Source: an uncultured Pelagibacteraceae bacterium (GTDB lineage: Bacteria; Pseudomonadota; Alphaproteobacteria; Pelagibacterales; Pelagibacteraceae). Taken from it: 64,000 bases of DNA. Within the stretch, counting starts at the first letter, position 1, and every line of letters begins with the position of its first letter. The DNA lies in the NCBI GenBank assembly GCA_902557995.1, contig CACECL010000002.1, forward strand, positions 29,091 to 93,090, read 5' to 3'. The notes under the pieces were generated by a model. That model searched no databases. It worked only from the letters and a program-made list of their open reading frames with translations, and was not told the origin of the DNA. A program made the position numbers and the translations under genes. Of this stretch, positions 55,844-64,000 are shown piece after piece.

Positions 55844-56671
55844 ATGGATATTTCAATCAAAAAAGACTTAGCGAGTAATTGGTTTAAGCTATTACAAAAT
55901 GCAATATGTGACGACATTTTAAAAATTGAAAAAAATAAATTAAATTTTCAATCAACTTCTTGGAAAAGAAGCAGTAAAAAAGATGAGGGGGGTGGTGAAT
56001 ATAGAATTCTTAAAAATGGAAAAATTTTTGAAAAAGTAGGAGTAAATTTTTCAAAAGTTTATGGAAAATTTCCTAAGCAATTTCAAAAGAATATACCAGG
56101 CGCAAATAAAGATCCTAGATTTTGGGCATCAGGAATATCAATAGTTATGCACATGCAAAATCCCCATATTCCTGCAATGCACTTTAATACCAGATTTATT
56201 TGTACAACTAAAAATTGGTTTGGTGGAGGTATGGATGTAACCCCAGCAATAAAAGATGAAAAAGAAAAGAAAAACTTTCATAAAATATTAAAAGCAATGT
56301 GCGATAGACATAACAAAAATTATTATAAAAAATACAAAAAATGGTGTGATGAATATTTTTATCTTCCTCACAGAAAAGAAGCAAGAGGTATAGGTGGAAT
56401 CTTTTTTGACTATAAAAATAATAATTTTGAAAATGACTTTAAATTTGTAAGAGATGTTGGTGTTACATTTCAAATGTTATTTAATGAAATAATTAAAAAA
56501 AAATTAAAAAGAAAATGGACTTTAAAAGATAAAGAGTTTCAGTATATTAAAAGAGGTCGATACGCAGAATTTAATTTGCTCTATGATAGAGGAACAAAAT
56601 TTGGGCTACAAACTGGTGGTAATGTTGAAGGAATTTTGATGTCATTACCTCCGATTGCAAAATGGAAATAA
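55844..56671 (+). CDS. hemF: Oxygen-dependent coproporphyrinogen III oxidase
   Basis: FEK.GVNFS, H.N.R, WFGGG.D.TP, RG.GGIF, RGRY.EFNL.YDRGT.FG. Confidence 0.97.
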   Translation: MDISIKKDLASNWFKLLQNAICDDILKIEKNKLNFQSTSWKRSSKKDEGGGEYRILKNGKIFEKVGVNFSKVYGKFPKQFQKNIPGANKDPRFWASGISIVMHMQNPHIPAMHFNTRFICTTKNWFGGGMDVTPAIKDEKEKKNFHKILKAMCDRHNKNYYKKYKKWCDEYFYLPHRKEARGIGGIFFDYKNNNFENDFKFVRDVGVTFQMLFNEIIKKKLKRKWTLKDKEFQYIKRGRYAEFNLLYDRGTKFGLQTGGNVEGILMSLPPIAKWK

Positions 56672-56675
56672 AAAA

Positions 56676-57152
56676 ATGGATAAAGAACCAATAACATTAA
56701 ACGGATTAAATAAACTAAAAGAAGAATTAGTTTTTTTAAAAGAAAAAAAAAGACCTGAAATAGTAGCTGCAATTGCTGAAGCGAGATCCCATGGAGACCT
56801 TAAAGAAAATGCTGAATATCATGCAGCTAAAGAAGAACAATCTCATAACGAAGGAAGAATTACAGAAATTAACGATATTATTGCAAGAGCAAATGTTATT
56901 GATGTTACAAAACTAAACAATGAAGGAAAAGTAATTTTTGGATCTACAGTTTATTTAGAAGATTTAAATACTGGTGAAAAAATTAATTATAAAATTGTTG
57001 GAAGAGATGAGGCAGATTTAAAACAAAAACTGATTTTCTTTCAATCACCAATTGGTAAAGGCTTGATTGGAAAAAATAAAAGTGATTTAGTTGAAATAAA
57101 TACACCCTCTGGTGTAAAAAATTTTGAAATTAAAGACGTTAAATATATTTAA
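56676..57152 (+). CDS. greA: Transcription elongation factor GreA
   Basis: [24 protein letters not shown]; ATG at 56676 chosen. Confidence 0.97.
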   Translation: MDKEPITLNGLNKLKEELVFLKEKKRPEIVAAIAEARSHGDLKENAEYHAAKEEQSHNEGRITEINDIIARANVIDVTKLNNEGKVIFGSTVYLEDLNTGEKINYKIVGRDEADLKQKLIFFQSPIGKGLIGKNKSDLVEINTPSGVKNFEIKDVKYI

Positions 57153-58423
57153 CTTTTAACTATTTGCTGTACTTGCTTATCTGAAATTTGAAATCCATTT
57201 TGAACCCAAGTTTCTTCTATTTTTTTTAATTTATTACCTAAAGTTTTACCCTCAGGAATTTGAAATTTAGACATTAGTAGATCAGCCCCTATTGGCAAAG
57301 TTGGAATAGTTTTCTCTTTATAATTATCTAATAATTTGATTAGTTTTTTCTCTACTTTGTTTGATTTAAAAATTTTAAAATTAATTATATCGATTACAGC
57401 CTGTCGCCCATTAAAATAAAAAAATTTATTCAAATTTTTCTCTGTAAAGCTGTTTAAAGTTATTTTTTCTCTGTAAAAAAGATCTATCAATTTTAATCTT
57501 TTCTTATCTTTATTAGATATTTTAAATTTATAAAGAAAATAATCTGTATTATCAGTCCCATCAATCACTAAAAGCGCAATTAAGAATATAAAGTCAATTT
57601 TTAAAAAATTCTCTGCAACATAAGAATTTTGTTTTTTAAAATTTTTAATATTCTTTAATTGAGGGAAAATTATTTCTATTAGTTCTAAACTTTCTTTATC
57701 TTTAAGTAGTTTTAAAAATCCATTTGAACTAGTTAATTTTTTTAGTTCATCAATTAATCTTTCAGATGATATATTTGAAATTCCATCAATATTTTTTTTT
57801 ATATTTTTTATTATTTCTGGCTGATGCTTATGATTTGAGTAATTTAAATAAAATCTTAAATACCTCAAAATACGTAAATAATCCTCTTGAATTCTTTTTT
57901 CTGCATTACCAATAAAATTAATATAACCCTCCTCCAAATCTTTTTTACCGTTAAATGGATCAAATAAATTACCATCGCCATCTGCATAAATTGAATTGAT
58001 GGTAAAATCCCTTCTAGAGGCATCTTCCTTCCAATCTAAAGAGAATTCTACTTCAGCATGCCTTCCATCAGTTGAGACGTCTTTCCTTAAAGAAGTAATT
58101 TCATATTTATATTCGTCAATTATTGCAGTTATAGTTCCGTGCTCAATTCCTGTTTCGTAATAACTTATTTGTTTGTTTTTAAGAGCCTCACAAATTTCCG
58201 GAGGCGTTAAATTTGTTGCGAGGTCAATATCATCAACATTTTCTTTTTTTATCACTTTTCTTACACACCCACCTACATATCTGATTTCACTTTTCTCTGA
58301 AAAATTATTAATTGCTTCAAAAATCTTATTTGCGGGTGTTGTTAAAGTAATTTGTTTTAAATTTTGACTGATATAATCAAGATTTTTTGATCGGGAAAAA
58401 AATTTATCTAAAAAATTTTTCAT
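57149..58423 (-). CDS. cca: CCA tRNA nucleotidyltransferase / poly(A) polymerase family
   Basis: [33 protein letters not shown]...EL. Confidence 0.88.
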   Translation of the reverse strand: MKNFLDKFFSRSKNLDYISQNLKQITLTTPANKIFEAINNFSEKSEIRYVGGCVRKVIKKENVDDIDLATNLTPPEICEALKNKQISYYETGIEHGTITAIIDEYKYEITSLRKDVSTDGRHAEVEFSLDWKEDASRRDFTINSIYADGDGNLFDPFNGKKDLEEGYINFIGNAEKRIQEDYLRILRYLRFYLNYSNHKHQPEIIKNIKKNIDGISNISSERLIDELKKLTSSNGFLKLLKDKESLELIEIIFPQLKNIKNFKKQNSYVAENFLKIDFIFLIALLVIDGTDNTDYFLYKFKISNKDKKRLKLIDLFYREKITLNSFTEKNLNKFFYFNGRQAVIDIINFKIFKSNKVEKKLIKLLDNYKEKTIPTLPIGADLLMSKFQIPEGKTLGNKLKKIEETWVQNGFQISDKQVQQIVKS

Positions 58424-58426
58424 AAA

Positions 58427-58500
58427 TGGCTGGGGCGCTAGGATTCGAACCTAGGATGCAGGTACCAAAAACCCGTGCCTTACCGCTTGGCTACGCCCCA
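58427..58500 (-). tRNA. tRNA-Gln (TTG)
   Basis: TGGGGCGTAGCCAAGCGGTAAGGC...TTTTGGT...GGTTCGAATCC...CGCCCCAGCCA. Confidence 0.96.
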
Positions 58501-58533
58501 ATACTAGCTTCCTATAACATAAAAATATAAAAT

Positions 58534-59379
58534 TCATATAGTTTTTGCTGTAACACACCAATAATTTTTATATTTTCTTTTAAATTTAGCTTTTGCCAAT
58601 TTACAACTCTTTAATGAATTATAATAGGCAACAATTGTTGATCCTGAACCAGTCATTCTTACAAATAATGGATTATTGATGCTTTCTAAGAACAACTTTA
58701 TTTTTTTAAGTTTTGGATATTTTTTGAGCGCTATTGTTTCAAGTGCATTTTGTTGATCAATCAAATATTTTACTCCAAACATGTTTTTTTTAGGTTTGTT
58801 ATATTTTGATTTTGTATACTTTCGAGCAGCTAGGTATATTTTTTTAGTTGAGCATCCAAAATCAGGCTTAACTAAAATAGAGTAATATTTTGGAGTATTA
58901 TAAATCTTTTTTATTCTACCACCTGATGACAACACGCAGCTGGATGAAATCGTACCTAAAATAACATCGGAACCAACCAAGTCACAGATACTTCGAGTTT
59001 TTTGATGATTAGGATTAATAATTTTTTTTTTAACCAGATAATTAAACACACTAGCTGCATTCATCGATCCCCCACCCAACCCAGCTTCTTGAGGGATTAA
59101 TTTTTTAATTTTAACTTTGAATTTTTTATTTTTTAATAAATTTTCTTTATCTAGTATTTGAAATAATTTTTGAACAGTATTTTTTTTTCCAATATTTTTA
59201 GAAAACTTTCCATAAAAAGAAATATGATGTTTTTTTCCATTATGTTGATTGATTGAAATTACATCATGTAAATCTATGAAACCAATTATACTTTCAATTT
59301 TATGTAAAACCTTTTTTTTTCCAGTGATATTTAGTGCTAAATTTAACTTTGCATTAGATTTAATTTTACTAATTTTCAT
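58534..59379 (-). CDS. ispE: 4-diphosphocytidyl-2-C-methyl-D-erythritol kinase
   Basis: AK.NL.L.I, K.IP..AGLGGGS..AA, G.DV, MTGSGS. Confidence 0.93.
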   Translation of the reverse strand: MKISKIKSNAKLNLALNITGKKKVLHKIESIIGFIDLHDVISINQHNGKKHHISFYGKFSKNIGKKNTVQKLFQILDKENLLKNKKFKVKIKKLIPQEAGLGGGSMNAASVFNYLVKKKIINPNHQKTRSICDLVGSDVILGTISSSCVLSSGGRIKKIYNTPKYYSILVKPDFGCSTKKIYLAARKYTKSKYNKPKKNMFGVKYLIDQQNALETIALKKYPKLKKIKLFLESINNPLFVRMTGSGSTIVAYYNSLKSCKLAKAKFKRKYKNYWCVTAKTI

Positions 59380-61066
59380 TTAGGAATTTTTAAGACCCTC
59401 AATTACTTTAATATTGATTTTTTCTCTCATATCGTCTTTGGTGTCATCAAAAGTTAATACGTTGTTCCAAAAATATCTTGCTTGAATTTTTCGATTTAAT
59501 TTCCATAAAATGTCTCCATAATGATCATTCACGATTGGGTCATCTGGCATTAATTCTACAGCTCTTTTTAAATACTTTTCTGCTTCTACATAATCCTCTA
59601 TTAAAAAATAAGCCCATCCAATTGAATCAATAATATATGGATCATTGCTTTTTAAATCATATGCTGTTTTCAACATATCCATTGCTTCATTAATTTTATA
59701 GTCACGCTCTAACCAAGAGTAAGCAAGGTAATTTAAAATATATGCATCACTAGGATCAATTTTAAGCGCATGCAATAAATCTTCATCTGACTTTTCATAA
59801 TTACCCATTCTTTCATAGCTACCGCCTCTACGATACAATACATCTGATTTAATAAGTGAATTGTCATCCAGTGTTAAAATAATTTCTGTATAACGATCTA
59901 TTGCCTTTTCATAATTTTTAGAATTCTTATAAAAATTGGCTAAATCAAAAATCATTTTTATATTTGGATTTTCTATTTTATTAAATTTTGAATCTATGTA
60001 TTTAATTCCATTTTCATAACCCTGCTCTTGAATTATTATTTGAGCTTCTTTTTTTATTCTAAACCAATAATAAAATTCATCTTCTTTTTTAAAGTTTTTT
60101 AAGATCCTTTGTACTTTATCAAATTCATCATTAAGATAAAAATTTTCTGCAACCAATGACAGATTAAATTCAAACTTGGGATTTAAATAGTTTGATAAAT
60201 TTAAGTAAAAATTTGATTTCTCAAAATTATCCTGAGAAGAATAAAGATTAGAGATTAAAAATAAAAACTCACTGACAAGATCATTATGATCTTTGCATGA
60301 AAAAATTTTTCCAAAATCATCGAATTTTTCTTTGTCTATCCAACTTTTACTTTGTGAAAGTAAAAGTGTTGAATTTATATAATCAATTTGTTCAACAACT
60401 AATCTTGCTTCATTTAATTTATTGTTATCAATTAAATGATTAAGATAAAAGAAAATGTATCTTGAATAGTCGCTTTGTTGATTATTTATTAAATTAAGAA
60501 AAAATGACGAAGTTCTTTTATCTTCAATATAACATCTTTGAAATGTCTCGGCTATAAGAGACAGGTTTCCAAAATTTTTTTTGTTATCTAAGATTTTTTT
60601 ATTTTTAAATGTATAAATGTACTGTTTTAGAGTTTCAAATATAACTAGGTTTATCCTATCTTCATCTTGAAATTTTAAACTTTGTGTTAAATATTCATCA
60701 GCTTTTTTATATTTATTTTTCTTTAAACTATCAATTATTAAAATTATATACGCATCATAAAAATCTGAGTTAGATTTGTTTGCATTGTTATTTAACACAT
60801 TAATTGCTTGAGGTACTTTGTTATCTAAAACTAAAGAGTTAACATATCTTTTTTAAATAACTATCGTGTTTGTTAATTAATACTTTGGTTAAGTTAAAAA
60901 ATTTTAAAGCTTCAGAATTATCTCGATTTTCAAATGCAACAATTCCAGAAAAATAATTTGATAAATCTCTTGAGTTAAAATCATTAAAAGTAGCACTTTT
61001 AGAATACAAAGGTGTCTGATAAGATATGAATATTAATAGTACTAATTTTAAAAATTTTGGAAACAT
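59380..61066 (-). pseudogene. Exported TPR-repeat protein split by an apparent single-base insertion (frameshift near 60849-60854)
   Basis: Removing one A from the A6 run joins the 75-aa signal-peptide ORF (60839-61066) to the 472-aa TPR ORF via ...YLKRYVNSLVLDNKVPQAINVLNNN; LNYLAYSW, DSIGW, DHYGD.LW motifs; usual position before ispE. Confidence 0.8.
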
Positions 61067-61076
61067 GTAACATACT

Positions 61077-61796
61077 ATGACTAAAAAAGTGATAAATCAA
61101 AATACCAAATTAAACCAAGAACTAATTAATACTATTGAGCCAAAATTTAAATTCGCTGATAAGCCAATAAATAGATTAAATATTTTAGAAACGAACAATG
61201 GCACCCTACAAACTAATAAAGAAGAATTACTAAAAAATTTAAAAAATCAAATAAATTCAATTGAAAATTGTAAATTGAAAGAAAATTCAAACAAAATTAT
61301 TTTAGGTGAGGGAAATATAAATGGCCCTTTAATGTTAATTGGAGAGGCTCCTGGGGCTGAAGAAGAAAAATTGGGTGTTCCATTTAGAGGTGAAGTTGGC
61401 GAACTTCTTAACAAAATGCTTATAGCAATTAATATTAAGAGACAAAATATTTACACTAGTTATGCAATCAATTTTAGACCACCTGATGACAGAAAACCAA
61501 CCTCAACTGAAATTAAAAGATACTCAGTTTTTTTAAAAGAGCATATATCAATTATTAACCCAAAGATTATTGTTTTGATGGGTAGTTCAGCAATGGAGGC
61601 TTTAACAGGAATAGGTGAAAAAATAACTGATGAAAGAGGACATTGGAAGGAGCTGATTTTAAAAAACAAAACATTCCCTTTAATGATAACTTTTAATCCA
61701 TCTTATTTAATCCGTTTTCCAGAAAATAAAAAACACTCATGGCAAGATTTAAAGAAAATTAGAGACAAAATCAAAGATCTGAAGTTAAAAATTTGA
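61077..61796 (+). CDS. Uracil-DNA glycosylase family 4-like protein (divergent)
   Basis: IGEAPG.EE..G.PF.G..G.LL..ML, RPP..R.P, P..IV.MG..A, W.DL. Confidence 0.85.
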   Translation: MTKKVINQNTKLNQELINTIEPKFKFADKPINRLNILETNNGTLQTNKEELLKNLKNQINSIENCKLKENSNKIILGEGNINGPLMLIGEAPGAEEEKLGVPFRGEVGELLNKMLIAINIKRQNIYTSYAINFRPPDDRKPTSTEIKRYSVFLKEHISIINPKIIVLMGSSAMEALTGIGEKITDERGHWKELILKNKTFPLMITFNPSYLIRFPENKKHSWQDLKKIRDKIKDLKLKI

Positions 61797-62356
61797 TGAA
61801 GATAATTGCTGGGGTTGATGAGGTTGGTAGAGGAAGTTTAATTGGGCCTGTTTATGCTTCAGCAGTAATTTTAAAAAAATCAATTAATCAAAAGTTATTA
61901 AAAGATTCAAAATCATTAAGTAAAAAAGAGAGAGAGTATCTGTGTACATATATAAAAAAAAATTCTACTTGGTCCATAGGCAAAGCTTCTGTCAAAGAAA
62001 TAGAAAAGCTGAATATACTTCAAGCAAGTTTGCTGGCTATGAAAAGAGCTATCAAAAAACTTAAGAAAAAACCAACTCACGTTTTGATAGATGGAAACAA
62101 AACTCCAAAATTAGAAAATTATAATTTAAAATCAGTTATTAAAGGAGATAAAAAAATCCCCTCTATTTCAGCAGCTTCTATAATTGCAAAAGTATCAAGG
62201 GACAAATTTATAACCACCTTGTCAAAAAAAAATAAAGGTTATGACTGGGATAAAAACTTCGGGTACGGAACAAAACAGCACTTAAAAGCTTTGAAAAAAT
62301 TAGGTATTACTAAACATCATAGAAAAACTTTTTCACCAATATCTAAAATAAATTAA
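61796..62356 (+). CDS. rnhB: Ribonuclease HII
   Basis: AGVDEVGRG...GP, DSK, IDGN, KGD, AASIIAKV.RD, GYGT..H, HR..F.P. Confidence 0.96.
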   Translation: MKIIAGVDEVGRGSLIGPVYASAVILKKSINQKLLKDSKSLSKKEREYLCTYIKKNSTWSIGKASVKEIEKLNILQASLLAMKRAIKKLKKKPTHVLIDGNKTPKLENYNLKSVIKGDKKIPSISAASIIAKVSRDKFITTLSKKNKGYDWDKNFGYGTKQHLKALKKLGITKHHRKTFSPISKIN

Positions 62357-62395
62357 CACTACATCTAGTTACCTTCTAATTTAGAAACACTAATG

Positions 62396-62448
62396 GAATC
62401 CAAATTTTTCAATCTCAGGTTGACCGTAGAATCCATATGGAGTCTAAT
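62396..62448 (+). promoter_or_regulatory. Putative ccrM promoter with three GANTC sites
   Basis: GAATC 62396, GAATC 62429, GAGTC 62440; TTGACC at 62420-62425 with TCTAAT 17 bp downstream. Confidence 0.65.
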
Positions 62449-62460
62449 TAATTTTTACAA

Positions 62461-63531
62461 ATGAAAACTGATTTCAAAAATAAAATAATTAATGGAGATA
62501 GTCTCGAAGAATTAAAAAAAATTCCACGTGAAACTTTTAATTTAATTTTTGCTGACCCTCCTTACAACTTACAATTAAAAAGTGAATTAACTAGACCAGA
62601 TAGATCAAAGGTTAGTGCGGTAAATGATAAGTGGGATCAATTTGAAAATTTTAAAAAATATGATGATTTTACTTATGAATGGCTTAGTGAATGTAAAAGA
62701 ATTTTAAAAAAAGATGGGGCTATTTGGGTTATAGGAAGCTACCATAATATTTTTAGAGTTGGCACAGCGATCCAAAATTTAGGTTTCTGGATTTTAAACG
62801 ATGTCATTTGGAATAAAAATAATCCAATGCCAAACTTTAGAGGGACACGTTTTACTAACGCTCATGAAACTTTAATATGGGCTTCTAAAAGCGAAAAATC
62901 AAAATACACATTCAATTATCAATCTTTAAAATGTTTAAATGATGATTTACAAATGAGATCTAATTGGGATCTTCCAATATGCAATGGTTCTGAAAGACTT
63001 AAAAAGGATGGAAAAAAAATTCATTCTACACAAAAACCAGAAGCACTATTACATAGGATTTTACTAGCTTCATCTAATAAAAATGACCTAATACTTGATC
63101 CTTTTTTAGGATCAGGAACAACTGCTACAGTAGCAAAAAAACTAGGAAGAAATTATTTTGGAATAGAAAAAGAAAAAAATTATTTTAAAGCTGCTGAGCA
63201 ACGCATAAAAGCTACAAAGCCAATTGAGGACGATTTATTAGATACGCTAAAAAACAATAGATCAAAACCAAGAATTCCTTTTGGTTCATTAGTCGAGCTT
63301 GGAATAATTAAACCTGGAACAAATATTTTTGATAATAAGAAAAAAATTACAGCCAGAATTATGGCTGATGGTAGTATAAAACATAGTCAAGCTGAGGGTT
63401 CTATACACAAAGTTGCGGCTACTATTTTAGGAGCTGAAAGTTGCAACGGATGGACTTTTTGGCACTGTGATATAAATGGACGAATTTATCCTATTGATTA
63501 TCTAAGACAAAGATTAATTTCTAAAAATTAA
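62461..63531 (+). CDS. ccrM: CcrM-type beta-class N6-adenine DNA methyltransferase (GANTC)
   Basis: ADPPYNLQL, W.K.NPMPNFRG.RFTNAHET, H.TQKP, DPF.GSGT, C-terminal GSIH..CNGWTFW; follows rnhB. Confidence 0.95.
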   Translation: MKTDFKNKIINGDSLEELKKIPRETFNLIFADPPYNLQLKSELTRPDRSKVSAVNDKWDQFENFKKYDDFTYEWLSECKRILKKDGAIWVIGSYHNIFRVGTAIQNLGFWILNDVIWNKNNPMPNFRGTRFTNAHETLIWASKSEKSKYTFNYQSLKCLNDDLQMRSNWDLPICNGSERLKKDGKKIHSTQKPEALLHRILLASSNKNDLILDPFLGSGTTATVAKKLGRNYFGIEKEKNYFKAAEQRIKATKPIEDDLLDTLKNNRSKPRIPFGSLVELGIIKPGTNIFDNKKKITARIMADGSIKHSQAEGSIHKVAATILGAESCNGWTFWHCDINGRIYPIDYLRQRLISKN

Positions 63532-64000
63532 CTTTTATAAATTTTACCCAAATAACTTTCTAAAAATTTTTTATTTTTAGTTAAAAGTTTTAAAAAAATA
63601 TTTCTAAATATGATCATTGTAGGATTTGATAAATGGAAGGCAAATTGATTGAAATTAGATCTACTGTTAATCATTTTTACTCTCTTTAATCTGATATCAT
63701 AAAAATTATAATTATTTATTAAACTTTCATATAACTCATTAGCTCCCTCAATTGATTGGGATGCTCCCTGCGCAAAAGAAGGTGAAAAAGCAAAAAATGC
63801 ATCTCCTACAAGGAATATATTTTTTGGAGGATTATATAAATTTTTACTTACAAATATTGGAAATATTTTAATATTTTTAAGACTTTCAAAAAAACTTTGA
63901 GAAACTTTTTTAGATAATTTAAATTTAATATTTTTTATAAAAGAACTCTCGGTAAAAAGGTTATGGTTCTCTTGCTCATTTGAATTTAATTTATCTTTTA
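63528..64000 (-). CDS. FAD-dependent monooxygenase (3' part; start outside window)
   Basis: Manual translation: ...NIFLVGDAFFAFSPSFAQGASQSIEGA...YLGKIYKS*; GD/P..AQG flavoprotein hydroxylase motif. Confidence 0.8.
   Translation of the reverse strand, partial: KDKLNSNEQENHNLFTESSFIKNIKFKLSKKVSQSFFESLKNIKIFPIFVSKNLYNPPKNIFLVGDAFFAFSPSFAQGASQSIEGANELYESLINNYNFYDIRLKRVKMINSRSNFNQFAFHLSNPTMIIFRNIFLKLLTKNKKFLESYLGKIYKS

Noticed and set aside
60846-60858. Programmed -1 ribosomal frameshift at A_AAA_AAG
   Set aside because: The downstream TPR frame is +1 relative to the upstream ORF, so -1 slippage would not restore it
62461-63531. Restriction-modification defence system
   Set aside because: No endonuclease is adjacent; sequence and rnhB synteny match the orphan methyltransferase CcrM

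Overview
Very AT-rich, densely packed alphaproteobacterial chromosome segment. Gene content, compact order and near-zero intergenic spacing point to SAR11/Pelagibacterales (inference, no search run). It holds a rearranged dcw cluster (mraZ-ftsZ-rsmH-ftsL-ftsI-murE/F fusion-mraY-murD-ftsW-murG-murC-murB-ddl-ftsQ-truncated ftsA-lpxC), rnpB, mlaA/mlaC, three tRNAs, yqeY-dnaG-rpoD, carAB, uvrB/uvrC, petABC, ccrM and other housekeeping genes. The unusual parts are: (1) a ~1.2 kb islet in tRNA-Ile2, bounded by a 45-bp tRNA 3'-half repeat, with a structured leader containing an anti-SD-like segment and two orphan genes; (2) a divergent two-gene unit of circularly permuted ATP-grasp ligase and Anbu peptidase that lacks its usual alpha-E and transglutaminase partners; (3) a tRNA-Val(GAC) with a co-varied non-canonical elbow; (4) a half-length FtsA with ftsZ relocated; (5) tRNAs 3 nt from coding sequences, including the CCA-adding enzyme gene; (6) a family-4 UDG that has lost its Fe-S ligands and motif-2 His; (7) a ccrM promoter with a GANTC palindrome and an NrdR-like box; (8) a frameshifted TPR gene. 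No CRISPR array, transposase, integrase or rRNA was seen.
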